IMG/VR virus record: IMGVR_UViG_3300046530_000052
Span: 1-64,000 of that record
Reading direction: 5' to 3' (one strand)
DNA length: 64,000 bases
Source: an uncultured virus (IMG/VR IMGVR_UViG_3300046530_000052)
Taxonomy: Duplodnaviria > Heunggongvirae > Uroviricota > Caudoviricetes
In this document: positions 38,554 through 48,302 of the stretch, piece by piece
Layout of the letters: every line of letters begins with the position of its first letter
Position numbering within the stretch: position 1 is the stretch's first letter
Notes under the pieces: model-generated
Seen by the model: only the letters and a program-made list of their open reading frames with translations
Database searches by the model: none
Told to the model about the DNA's origin: nothing
Made by a program: the position numbers and the translations under genes

Positions 38554-39228
38554 ATGGCAAGTAGGCCCGATACGTTAAAGGACATGACGGTCTTGAAGGA
38601 TATTCACGGGATACTGTCCGCTTATTTCCCTGACCGATTCATTTCGGCGGTCTATGACCACATGCGGGGTAACGATGAGGACAGTTTCAATCACGAGTAC
38701 CTGAGAGACAGTCTGTTTGTCATGCGTCGGTTGATTGAGAGTACAGATGATCTGGAACCGGATGATCCTAAGCTCCTGTACGGCATTATGGCGTTGATGG
38801 AGGCAGGTCACCCCTACACTAGGGATAAACCCTACGAACTGTCTCCAGGGATCTCTTGGGTCTTCCTGAGGCTATATGCACCGGAGGTCTTCAGTAGAGA
38901 TGACCTTGCGTTCATTAGTAAGACCTGTAAACCCCTCATGCCTCAATCCTTGCGTCCTTCCCACCGCGTTAAGTTGCAGCTTATGGTCCACAATACCAAG
39001 CACTTGACTAACGTTGTCCATTTTAAGTACCAAAGACTTTACGACAACTTCACAGGAGGTAAAACACGAAGAAACCCTGATGACAATATGCACGAGCTTT
39101 TCTTAGAGTACTACGGCCCCAATGGGAATGTATGGAGTGCCATTTCAGATTCTGCTAAACGGATTTTCAGCACTGAGGTTGGCAAATTTAAACGAGAAGT
39201 AGAGGCCGCAGTCAAACGTATCCGCTAG
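38554..39228 (+). CDS. Hypothetical protein
   Basis: GGAG RBS before ATG 38554; preceded by a hairpin and T-run (38500-38540). Confidence 0.7.
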   Translation: MASRPDTLKDMTVLKDIHGILSAYFPDRFISAVYDHMRGNDEDSFNHEYLRDSLFVMRRLIESTDDLEPDDPKLLYGIMALMEAGHPYTRDKPYELSPGISWVFLRLYAPEVFSRDDLAFISKTCKPLMPQSLRPSHRVKLQLMVHNTKHLTNVVHFKYQRLYDNFTGGKTRRNPDDNMHELFLEYYGPNGNVWSAISDSAKRIFSTEVGKFKREVEAAVKRIR

Positions 39229-39240
39229 GAGAGAACCCTC

Positions 39241-39657
39241 ATGTACGACAGTTTGTATGAAATCGCCATGAACCTTATCTTTTTAGCCGTGTACGCCGCG
39301 CTTGGTCTAGTGTTGCTGTACAGGTACTTAGCTTCCAAGGATTTGGACTATACACTTGTAAAGATCACGAGCGGCTACGTCTTCAGCTTTAAAGTAGGAA
39401 TATTCGCAGGGAAGCTCAAGCTTATTCGACAACGTGGCTGTGCAGTACCGCGTTTCGTTAAGCACCTCGACGGTTGGGAAATAGTCTTTCCCGTCTTCTA
39501 CACCGACAACCAGATCAATTCTTTCATAATGCGAAATAACCCACCCGGAAGTAAGACAGCGTCTCACGCTAAAGACTTAGAAGTCTACCGGGAAGTCGTT
39601 ATCAAGCGGAATGAAAACCTTGTCTGTAAGGCAGGGACGATCTGCAAATTACGCTGA
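39241..39657 (+). CDS. Membrane-anchored hypothetical protein (138 aa)
   Basis: AGGAG RBS; N-terminal hydrophobic helix LIFLAVYAALGLVLLY. Confidence 0.7.
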   Translation: MYDSLYEIAMNLIFLAVYAALGLVLLYRYLASKDLDYTLVKITSGYVFSFKVGIFAGKLKLIRQRGCAVPRFVKHLDGWEIVFPVFYTDNQINSFIMRNNPPGSKTASHAKDLEVYREVVIKRNENLVCKAGTICKLR

Positions 39658-39667
39658 TGCATAATAA

Positions 39668-39696
39668 CCCCTCCCAGCCTTACGGGCTGGGAGGGG
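39668..39696. terminator. Bidirectional hairpin terminator
   Basis: CCCCTCCCAGCC-ttacg-GGCTGGGAGGGG between convergent genes. Confidence 0.8.
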
Positions 39697-39722
39697 GTAC
39701 ACTGCTTTGCTTCTTTTACAAC

Positions 39723-40679
39723 TTAACCCAGGTAACCAACGTCGTCCGCCGAGATCGCACCAGGCATGGCCGCAGCTTCCGCAGCGATACCAGCACCCGC
39801 AGCAACCTGCGCCTTCTCAACGGTCATCTGAGGAATGGTACCGCCCTTCGCAGCGTTGACAGTTGCCGATGGATTAATGAACCCAGCCGGTGCTGCTACT
39901 GCATCAGGGTTGTACAACGGCAGACGCTTGAGGAAGGTCCGGGCGATTTGTTTCACCGCCAGGGTATCCCACTCGAGCAGACCGGTGAACTCCATCTGGA
40001 TGGAACGCATTTCACGCTCAGAGCTCTTGTCACGCTTGATCTCGATCGGAACCAAGGAGCGTGGCATCATCCCGAGGTTCAGAGCAGCGTGAGCAATGTC
40101 GCGCATGTTCCGAGTCGGAGTGAGGTAGATGTTCGAGCAGGACTGGTCATCCAGCAGCATCGGACCTGGATCGTCGAGGATCACGATCTTGGCGTTCTGG
40201 AGTTCCGGGTCCATGATCAACCAACGGCCCCAAACGTCGAACAGCTTGGTGAAGACTTCACCCTCGACGTCGATGGCGGTGTGGGTAACCGAACCCTGGC
40301 TACGAGTAGCGCCAGAAGGAATGGACATGATGTGACCAGTCCACTCAACCGATTGGAAGCTGAAGTCCACGGTCAGACGGAGACCGTCGAAGCTCTGGGA
40401 ACGGTTCTCGAAGAACGCCTTGCAGAGCGACGCGAAGGTCTTACCAGCTGGAAGCCGCGCGAACGCGGCAGGACCGGTAAGCTGGAAGCACCAGCCCATC
40501 TGTTCCAGGTGAGGTTGTTGGTTCAGGTAGTTGTACACCAGACCTGCCCAACCGTAAACACCGTGCAACTCGCCCTTAATAACCGGACGGTTATCCAGGC
40601 CCAACGCCGTGACGAACTCATCACTCGCCGAGTACAGCGTGTCCGCATTACGATGCGGATAGTTAGTGTTGTTAGCCAT
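39723..40679 (-). CDS. Tail tube protein (phiKZ gp030-like)
   Basis: Directly downstream of the sheath; SIPSGATRS and W.RWLIMDPE motifs; strong codon bias. Confidence 0.75.
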   Translation of the reverse strand: MANNTNYPHRNADTLYSASDEFVTALGLDNRPVIKGELHGVYGWAGLVYNYLNQQPHLEQMGWCFQLTGPAAFARLPAGKTFASLCKAFFENRSQSFDGLRLTVDFSFQSVEWTGHIMSIPSGATRSQGSVTHTAIDVEGEVFTKLFDVWGRWLIMDPELQNAKIVILDDPGPMLLDDQSCSNIYLTPTRNMRDIAHAALNLGMMPRSLVPIEIKRDKSSEREMRSIQMEFTGLLEWDTLAVKQIARTFLKRLPLYNPDAVAAPAGFINPSATVNAAKGGTIPQMTVEKAQVAAGAGIAAEAAAMPGAISADDVGYLG

Positions 40680-40689
40680 GTATCAATCC

Positions 40690-42858
40690 TCAGTTCGAAC
40701 TGTTCAGTTCGTTGCTGTTGTGGGCATAGAGGTCGAACTCCATCATGTACTTCGCCTTGTTGAAGTAGCCGTGAACCACTACGTTCAAAATAGCGAGGTC
40801 GCCGACCTGACCGGAGTCGTACGAGGTTTCAGCCACGATACCTTGAACAGCGCCGCCCAGACCATCACGGCATTGCTCTTCGATCGAGTCCTTCATGATG
40901 GCCTCGTAGGAATCCTGGTCGAGGCTGCGGTCACCCACAACACGCTTCCATTGATCCGCCGAGATCTTCTCGATGCACACGCAGTTGAATACGTTGATCT
41001 CGTCTTTCAAGACCGAGTCAGGGCTTGGGTGAACAGTCGGGAGACCCGGACGATACACCTGACCATTCCAATCCCAAGGGATGAGAGTGGTGTGGCCTTT
41101 GGAGAACCCGTCCGCTTGGATCTCAGGGGATTCGAACTCGATGGTCGAACCGTAGCCGATGGTCAGACGACGGTTGTCACCGGTATCTGGAGCCTTGGCA
41201 ACGTTGACGCGACCGTTATCAGCACCGGCGTAGCCCGCATACTTCTGAGCCTTGTCGATGTTGGCCGAGAAGTACCAGCCGGTAGTTTCACCGGTCAGCT
41301 TAACTTCAGCCTTGTTGATCGACGCACGGCACGCAGGAGTACCCCACTTCTCGGATTCCGGAGTCATCCGCAGGTTGGTGGTCTGCATGTCAGCACGTGC
41401 ATACACCTCATCCAGAGGGTTCGCTTCACCTGGAGTCCAGATGGTGGCGTCCTGTTGGACGAAGATGTCTTTACGAGCGCCCAGGAACTGGACAGCAACG
41501 TCCTTAACTTCTTGGGAGAAGCCAACGTCCCACCAGATCGACTGACGGTTACGGGTAACGTCCTTCTGAGCCGAGCTGTTCACGTAAGTGGTCAAGTCAG
41601 CAACCATCAGGCTGTTGGTGATTTCCCAACCCTGCTTGATGGTAGTCGGCGTTTTCAGGCCAACCAGAAGACCGAACGGATCCGGTACGTTATCCGGAGT
41701 GGTACCAGCAGGAAGCTGACCGGTGTTGTCGAGGAACGGGGACAGGCCACCGCTTACCTTAACAGCGCCGCTGAGGTCCCACTTGATCACGCCAGAGCTG
41801 GTGCACGCGTAGTACGGAGCGCCGGTGTGGTCTTGGCAGGTGAACGGGTTCATCTGCTTGTACTGCTCACCAGGACGACCGGAGTCAACCAGGTTGTCGT
41901 TCACCGGGCTTTCCAGGTGGTACATCAGCTGGCAGAGCGCAGCGATGTTCTCGTGGTAAACCACGGTACCGTTGATCGGAGCCGGGATTGCGCGCTGAGG
42001 ACGGTTGACGTTGGTACCAGTGAAGGTACGGAACGCGTTGTCCAGACCGTACTTGACGTTCTTGACAGTCACGTCGAACAGAGTCGCCGGAACGACTTCG
42101 TTGCTGCTGGACGGCGCTTTAACGAACGAGCGAACGCCAGCCTTGGTGTCAGTGAACTCACGCAGCTGGTACGGGAACACGCCGTTCTTACGAACGAAGT
42201 CCGAAGTCGCGCGCCATGCAGCGGTGGTGTTCTGAACGCCGAACTGGAAGCCGTTGCGGTTGTAATCTTCGCCGACGCCAGCCAGAGCTTCGTACAGTGG
42301 GTAAACCACGGTTTCCGGCGCACCGCCAACAGCAGCGATGGTACGCACTTCCAGCTCACCTGGGAGTTTACCGGTGATGTCGTCCAGTTTGATCTGGATG
42401 TCGATACCCGGAATCGTAGCGCCTTGACCTACGATCGGGATGCGAGCACCGCTGGTGTCGTATTTGAAACGACCGGAAACATCGCGTTCAAATTGCGGTA
42501 CTTCAAGCTGGTAGACGAACGCCGACACTGCCGCACGGGCTTTGACGTTGTTTGCCGACAGACGACGGAAACCGATGGTGCCTTGGGCGCCGTCAGCCAA
42601 CGCTGCGATCAGACGACCGATTGGGCCGTAGTACGGAGTTTCTGGGTCCAGAATGTCACCGAACGTTTTGGCGAAATCTTTGATGGCAACCCATTGGGTA
42701 CCAACTTCCGAGGCCAAACCGCCGATAGGAGACGTACCGGAAATAACAGGAAGGTGAAGCGGAGCCGTGGCAATAGTGACGTCATACTCAGGGACCGATA
42801 CATCATTGATCCCGTTGTTGATCACCGAGCCAGGTACGATCTGGTTGAAAATACTCAT
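40690..42858 (-). CDS. Contractile tail sheath protein (phiKZ gp029-like, 722 aa)
   Basis: PG.INNGIND.S and PLHLP N-terminus, WDVGFS, PESEKWGTP; size and synteny with tube and terminase. Confidence 0.85.
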   Translation of the reverse strand: MSIFNQIVPGSVINNGINDVSVPEYDVTIATAPLHLPVISGTSPIGGLASEVGTQWVAIKDFAKTFGDILDPETPYYGPIGRLIAALADGAQGTIGFRRLSANNVKARAAVSAFVYQLEVPQFERDVSGRFKYDTSGARIPIVGQGATIPGIDIQIKLDDITGKLPGELEVRTIAAVGGAPETVVYPLYEALAGVGEDYNRNGFQFGVQNTTAAWRATSDFVRKNGVFPYQLREFTDTKAGVRSFVKAPSSSNEVVPATLFDVTVKNVKYGLDNAFRTFTGTNVNRPQRAIPAPINGTVVYHENIAALCQLMYHLESPVNDNLVDSGRPGEQYKQMNPFTCQDHTGAPYYACTSSGVIKWDLSGAVKVSGGLSPFLDNTGQLPAGTTPDNVPDPFGLLVGLKTPTTIKQGWEITNSLMVADLTTYVNSSAQKDVTRNRQSIWWDVGFSQEVKDVAVQFLGARKDIFVQQDATIWTPGEANPLDEVYARADMQTTNLRMTPESEKWGTPACRASINKAEVKLTGETTGWYFSANIDKAQKYAGYAGADNGRVNVAKAPDTGDNRRLTIGYGSTIEFESPEIQADGFSKGHTTLIPWDWNGQVYRPGLPTVHPSPDSVLKDEINVFNCVCIEKISADQWKRVVGDRSLDQDSYEAIMKDSIEEQCRDGLGGAVQGIVAETSYDSGQVGDLAILNVVVHGYFNKAKYMMEFDLYAHNSNELNSSN

Positions 42859-42977
42859 ATCGAGTCAGCCTCGTGATGAAATTTGATGGGTGGAGCAATC
42901 GTATGCACCCAATTTTTAGGGCCTTAATGTGTCATTTACACTTAACACATAACATGTTATTTAAGGAAATACCGCCC

Positions 42978-43859
42978 ATGCTCATTAATGCTTACGATTC
43001 CTCAGCCGGCAGGGTCTTGCGGTCTCTCCATAAGGTGGATGAAATCATCAAGCTTCTGCACCTAAAGCAGAACCTGACCCCCACCAGTAAGAAAGATGTG
43101 TTTGTTCTGACGTTCGCCAATAACGTTCCGTTTGATACACTTGCATTCCCGATTACGCTGGAAACACATACTCGCGAAACCATCACGGTTTACGACGAGC
43201 GCCCTTACCGAGATAGTCAGAACCGCCCAGTCAATACCAACGACATCACCATCATGAAGCTTTGCGCTTTCCTACAGCAGGACTGTGCGAACAAGAAGTT
43301 GGGTACGTTGAAGAACATGCGGGCTATGACAGCTCGTGGTTTTGCTGAAGGCTTCTCTGCCCGTATCAGCAGCCGGGCTACTCTAACGACTGATGAGACC
43401 AAAGTGTTCAAAGCTTTGGCTGTCTACTACGTCACTTGCTTGATGGAGCTCCAGGGTACCGATCTGACCTTCGTCGGCGTCAACACCATCCGCACCGTTT
43501 ATAACTGGCAGCAGGACTTCAGTCTTGGTGTTATCGAGGACCTTCCTCACATGAAGACTTTGGAGGATCTGCTCAAAGCAATCCACAAAGAGCCAATCCT
43601 TTATAAGCTGAAGGGTACGGACCTCAAGGACTTCATGGCGTTGGGTTCCTCGATCGTATCGACTGCACTGAAAGGTCCGGTTATCGGTGCTGCTCTGGAA
43701 TCCCCTTGCCTGCTGGCAGCTTTTGCCTACGGCGCCTCTAAGTTCAAGTTGTTGAATAAAAGCCCTATGGGTATGGCGTTCGATCCTAAGTACGCAGGCC
43801 AAGCCGCTTTGGAAGCGTTCTGGAAGAACATTGATTACACGTACGACCTGAATCGGTAA
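42978..43859 (+). CDS. Virion structural protein (phiKZ gp028-like position)
   Basis: AAGGA RBS; divergent from the sheath; synteny. Confidence 0.6.
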   Translation: MLINAYDSSAGRVLRSLHKVDEIIKLLHLKQNLTPTSKKDVFVLTFANNVPFDTLAFPITLETHTRETITVYDERPYRDSQNRPVNTNDITIMKLCAFLQQDCANKKLGTLKNMRAMTARGFAEGFSARISSRATLTTDETKVFKALAVYYVTCLMELQGTDLTFVGVNTIRTVYNWQQDFSLGVIEDLPHMKTLEDLLKAIHKEPILYKLKGTDLKDFMALGSSIVSTALKGPVIGAALESPCLLAAFAYGASKFKLLNKSPMGMAFDPKYAGQAALEAFWKNIDYTYDLNR

Positions 43860-43865
43860 TCGCCT

Positions 43866-46481
43866 ATGAGCATTATTGGCTTCGAGTCCAACAATCCGTT
43901 GTTGGACTATGCCATCGGTAATCTCTGGGGTAATCCTGAGGAGAATCACCAGCGTCAAGTAGACATGGTACGGATCTCGGATTACTACGGAAGCATCGAT
44001 AACTTCGGTTACATGGAAGCGTGGAGAAGTCTACCTAAGAAGGGTAAGTTCTTCCACGTATTTAGTGTGGGTGGTCTGGATCCAGGTTTCTGGAACTTCA
44101 GGACTGGTCATAGTCGACGCAATCCGCTGGACCGCTGGGTTAACCTCGGCGATCTGTGTACACGTCGCGGTTCCATGATTAACATCTATAACACGTTCGG
44201 TTTCAACTACACCAAAGCTAAAGCGTGGGTGATGTGTACTTATGACGGGCTGGTCTTCGTTGCACTGGAGAAGCTTAAGTCATACCCGGTTCCGATCAAC
44301 ATGGAAATGTTCTTCCGGGTCTACACCCCGACCGTACCGGTGCCTCGTAATGAAACGGTAGACGTACCGGGGATCAACTCCTTCATCTACGAGACCATGG
44401 TCTACGAGTACGCTACAGAGCTGAACCAGTTCATCGTTAGGTACGCGTTCCTGAAGACCTTGCCGGGGTTCACCTTCGTTTACCATAATGGGGCTTACTT
44501 CCACGGAGCTCCTAACCAGATCCCTAACTTGGTGATCGGTGATGTGGTAGAGATCATCCACGACCCAACCGTTATCCGAGCTGAGCTGTATCGGTACGAC
44601 CAACTCCCTGCGTTCTACAGTGAGCTGGACAAGGTTCGTAAGCTGATCATCCACCCACCTAAAGTGGAAGGTGATTTCAAGTTACGTTATTTCGATGACA
44701 ACGATTACTTCTTGGTAGGTCCAAAGAACTACGGCCTGTACTTCCACCGGAACAACGAGCGTTCGGTTCGGCAGATGACTCACCAGGACGTGGCCATCTC
44801 TGACTACGACATTCAAATGGCCAGCGGTCATCACCCTGATCTGGGTAACTTGGCGAGTAACCGTATCTTGGTGCTGGTCCGGAAGACTGATTGGGAATAC
44901 CAGTGGCCGTGGGAGCACAACCGGGTTCGTTACCTATACCGTTTGCCTGATGCAGATATCCTGCGGGCTATGACGGGTGCTCGGGCTACTGTTCCTGAAT
45001 GGGCAGCATCCAACCTCGAGCAAGGGCCGGTTATGTCCTTCACTCGTAGTCAGTGGAAGAACCTCTCCAGAGAAAGTGCGAAGAAGGCATTTGGTTACAA
45101 CGCTTCTACTTTGATCCTGAGTAATACTCCGGTTAAGGTTGACCACATTCCCGGTACATTGGGTCTGGAGATACCGGTTACCTACCGTGCTGCGTGCAGT
45201 GCTTGGGAGTACGACGCTGAAGGCAAACTGCTGGGTTGGTGGAACATGACCAACCGTCTGTACTTCATTCCGAAGTACGCAGATTGCAAGATGGTCGAGT
45301 TCACTCTGGGTACCGCTGGACGTAACGTGGACTACAAGGTGGTTAACACAACTACTGAAGTGGATCCATTGAACAACGTTCGGGTCTATGTTTCTTCGTG
45401 GAGCATTGATTCGCAGAAGCTGGTCGGTGAGATGGTGGACGTGACCGGTGATGATTCGATCTACTACATCGAGAACGGTCTTCTCTTCTGGAAGGAGCTG
45501 GATCCGGTTAACCAACGTGGGGTGTTGCTGTTTAACACCAAGTGCTTGGGGTATAGCTTTGAGCTGGATCACATTGACCACAGCCTGAGCTTTGCACAAA
45601 CCCACATGTACGACGGTGGCGGCCTGATCTTCCCGACGGCGTTCGCTAACTACTCGATCTGGTTGAACGGTCATCCTTTGATCGACAATGTGGACTGGTT
45701 CTTTGATGGGGACTACTTCTACATCGTTAACAAACAGTTCATTGTGGAAGGGCCGCAACAGATCACCTTCCGAGCTGACCAATTCCATCCCGATCAGAAG
45801 TTGCCTGTTCGTAAGACGGAGTTGGGTTTTGTAGACGGTGGGGTGATTGGTCGTTTCCCTCGTTATAACCTGCGAGATGATCGGGTAACCCGTTGTGTGA
45901 TCGGTGGTCGACTGTTCCGCACTGCTGATGTTCCTAGTGCTGAGAAGCGTTCCCCTGATGATCTGTGGGACACCCTGAACGGGTTGCCTTACATGGTCAA
46001 GTACACCTACACCCCGATGTGGTACGTTGAGGAGTATAACAACTTCCCAGGGTACGAACTGGCTCAAGAGGTTGACAAGCGGATCAGTGACTATATGACA
46101 CTGTACGCTGTTAAGCCGAACCAACAACCGGTGATCCATAACCAGCAAGACAAGTATCGTCTGTTCAGTCCGTTCTTGAGCGTGATTGTCAATGCTCTCC
46201 TGAACCGGCTGCTGGTACTTCCTGCATTGGAAGATATGGAAGAGGGTTACACCGATCGGTTCGTCCGGGATCAGGTTGCCAGTTATATGTGGTGGCTGAA
46301 GTACGACCCTGTTCCTCTCAAGTTCGACCTGCGTTATTTCGCAGTGATGCCTTACGCAAACTACGGGATCCAGACGATCACTTCTGACGAGATGGTCTTC
46401 ATTCGTCAGGTCAATGATTTGTTCCTGAACTCCGTGTGTCAGATTGAAGGACACTTCCAAGTAAACGATAACGTTCGCTAG
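43866..46481 (+). CDS. Virion structural protein (phiKZ gp027-like, 871 aa)
   Basis: Size and synteny upstream of the terminase. Confidence 0.65.
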   Translation: MSIIGFESNNPLLDYAIGNLWGNPEENHQRQVDMVRISDYYGSIDNFGYMEAWRSLPKKGKFFHVFSVGGLDPGFWNFRTGHSRRNPLDRWVNLGDLCTRRGSMINIYNTFGFNYTKAKAWVMCTYDGLVFVALEKLKSYPVPINMEMFFRVYTPTVPVPRNETVDVPGINSFIYETMVYEYATELNQFIVRYAFLKTLPGFTFVYHNGAYFHGAPNQIPNLVIGDVVEIIHDPTVIRAELYRYDQLPAFYSELDKVRKLIIHPPKVEGDFKLRYFDDNDYFLVGPKNYGLYFHRNNERSVRQMTHQDVAISDYDIQMASGHHPDLGNLASNRILVLVRKTDWEYQWPWEHNRVRYLYRLPDADILRAMTGARATVPEWAASNLEQGPVMSFTRSQWKNLSRESAKKAFGYNASTLILSNTPVKVDHIPGTLGLEIPVTYRAACSAWEYDAEGKLLGWWNMTNRLYFIPKYADCKMVEFTLGTAGRNVDYKVVNTTTEVDPLNNVRVYVSSWSIDSQKLVGEMVDVTGDDSIYYIENGLLFWKELDPVNQRGVLLFNTKCLGYSFELDHIDHSLSFAQTHMYDGGGLIFPTAFANYSIWLNGHPLIDNVDWFFDGDYFYIVNKQFIVEGPQQITFRADQFHPDQKLPVRKTELGFVDGGVIGRFPRYNLRDDRVTRCVIGGRLFRTADVPSAEKRSPDDLWDTLNGLPYMVKYTYTPMWYVEEYNNFPGYELAQEVDKRISDYMTLYAVKPNQQPVIHNQQDKYRLFSPFLSVIVNALLNRLLVLPALEDMEEGYTDRFVRDQVASYMWWLKYDPVPLKFDLRYFAVMPYANYGIQTITSDEMVFIRQVNDLFLNSVCQIEGHFQVNDNVR

Positions 46482-46501
46482 AACTTATCCGAGGACTAAA
46501 T

Positions 46502-48229
46502 ATGTTCAGTGATACTCCCAGTACGTCCGCTGAACGGGCAGTAGCCGCAACCAACCTGGCTGTAGCCAACGTAGGTGAACGCTTCCAGCCCTTCATGCTC
46601 CACCTTCAAGATATTTATGATCCGGACATCCATCCGGTCGATGACATCAAGCGTTACGTGGTTCCTAAAGAAGACTGGCTGGTCTTCAACGTTCCAGGTG
46701 GGGTGATCCTTCGGGTTGCTCACGTGGATACTGAAGCTACCAACAAGTCGACTCTGGTTCCATGGGCGATGATCAACGGCGATGCTTCGCAGACCACTGA
46801 GCAGGATTGGATCTTCGGTCTGAAAGGTGGTCCAATGATCGGTGAGGCTCTGCTCTCTATCGATTACACCCAGCGCCCTAACGTGGCCAAGATCGACAGT
46901 ACCATCATGCGTCCGGGTGCTGCTTACGCCAAGGTCTTCAAAGGCAACGCGGCTATTGAGTCGTTGAACATCGGGGTTCAGTACAACTCGAACCTGGTGA
47001 TCACCAGCAAGCAAGTACCGGTTAAGTTGGCAGAGATCATTGACCGGACTAACGTCAGTATCATGACGACGGGTTCGTTCTCTGTAACTGAAAACGAAGA
47101 AGCTCTGCCTAACGGCGAACGTTGCTACTTGGCGTTCTACGATGAAGGCGATAACTTCATTCCTCCAGCGGCACTGTTGCGGGTTCAGCACTCGTCCTAC
47201 ATGAAGGACCACCAGCTGGGTACCAAGTACCTCGAGTCGGTCGAACTGCTTAGCCCATGGTTTACCAACACGATGGATCCGAAGCTGTTGGTGGTTCCGA
47301 TCAACGTGGTGATCCCTGCGGTAGAGTTGCGTGCTATTGCGCATTACTCTGACGGCAGCAGTTCTGTACCTTCGCCAGTTAACGCGCCACCATGGAACCT
47401 GATCGGGTTGTCGGAATACCGCCCTACCTATCCTGGTAATGGCGGTGAGCTGGTTCTGACTCGTAAGCTGTTGGATAACGAACAGCATGCGGTAGCGGAG
47501 CCGGGTAACCCTGACTTCAAGAAGCAGATCTACCGTATCGAAGCAGGTGCTGTTAAAGGTGCATGGTCGCCGAAGCTTTACACCTTCCCTGTTTGGGATC
47601 CGGCCATCAGTGGTTACAGCCTGCGTCATTGGTTGTACGACTTGGATCGGAAGTACGTGATCGACGTTACTCAGTTCGTCACGTTCAACCAGCAGAGTCA
47701 GCCATGGCGTCCAACAGCGTACGGTGTGTCTCAGTCGTTGGTGTTCAACTTGAACCTGCGGGATGTTTCGATTCTGAACGCATCCATCACGTTCTTCCAA
47801 TACACCACGATTATCTTGCGCGCTCCGATCAGTGGGACTGGGAAACGTTGGGAAGTGTCTTTCGCCCCAACCACTCCGTTCTTCGGTGGTATGTTCGCTC
47901 AGGTAACCAACGCTGGGGTTAACACTCGCTTCAACGTTAAGAACGGCTTCGCTAACCAGAAGGCGTGGTTGGAAGGGATGTACCGGGCAGTCTCCCCAAG
48001 CTACAACCGTTGGGATGAAGAGAAAGCTCCGGAACCAACTCACTTCTACCTGACTCATCCAACCGATGGACGGAAGTGGTTGTTCTCCATCGCTTTGTGG
48101 GATCAGGACAACGGCATGCCGATCGAACTGCAACACGGTCAAACCTGGGTACTTCAGTGGGTTAACCGTAGCAGTGCGGGCGTTGAGCTTCAGTTGGCTG
48201 CGTCGGGTATTACCATTAACGCTGGTTGA
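46502..48229 (+). CDS. Virion structural protein (phiKZ gp026-like, 575 aa)
   Basis: GAGG RBS; synteny upstream of the terminase. Confidence 0.65.
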   Translation: MFSDTPSTSAERAVAATNLAVANVGERFQPFMLHLQDIYDPDIHPVDDIKRYVVPKEDWLVFNVPGGVILRVAHVDTEATNKSTLVPWAMINGDASQTTEQDWIFGLKGGPMIGEALLSIDYTQRPNVAKIDSTIMRPGAAYAKVFKGNAAIESLNIGVQYNSNLVITSKQVPVKLAEIIDRTNVSIMTTGSFSVTENEEALPNGERCYLAFYDEGDNFIPPAALLRVQHSSYMKDHQLGTKYLESVELLSPWFTNTMDPKLLVVPINVVIPAVELRAIAHYSDGSSSVPSPVNAPPWNLIGLSEYRPTYPGNGGELVLTRKLLDNEQHAVAEPGNPDFKKQIYRIEAGAVKGAWSPKLYTFPVWDPAISGYSLRHWLYDLDRKYVIDVTQFVTFNQQSQPWRPTAYGVSQSLVFNLNLRDVSILNASITFFQYTTIILRAPISGTGKRWEVSFAPTTPFFGGMFAQVTNAGVNTRFNVKNGFANQKAWLEGMYRAVSPSYNRWDEEKAPEPTHFYLTHPTDGRKWLFSIALWDQDNGMPIELQHGQTWVLQWVNRSSAGVELQLAASGITINAG

Positions 48230-48248
48230 TGTGGATTGTATGTTCAAC

Positions 48249-48277
48249 TAACCCTCCGCCCTTAGGGCGGAGGGTTA
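48249..48277 (+). terminator. Hairpin terminator
   Basis: TAACCCTCCGCCC-tta-GGGCGGAGGGTTA. Confidence 0.7.
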
Positions 48278-48302
48278 GGATACCTTTTCAAGGAATTCGT
48301 AT

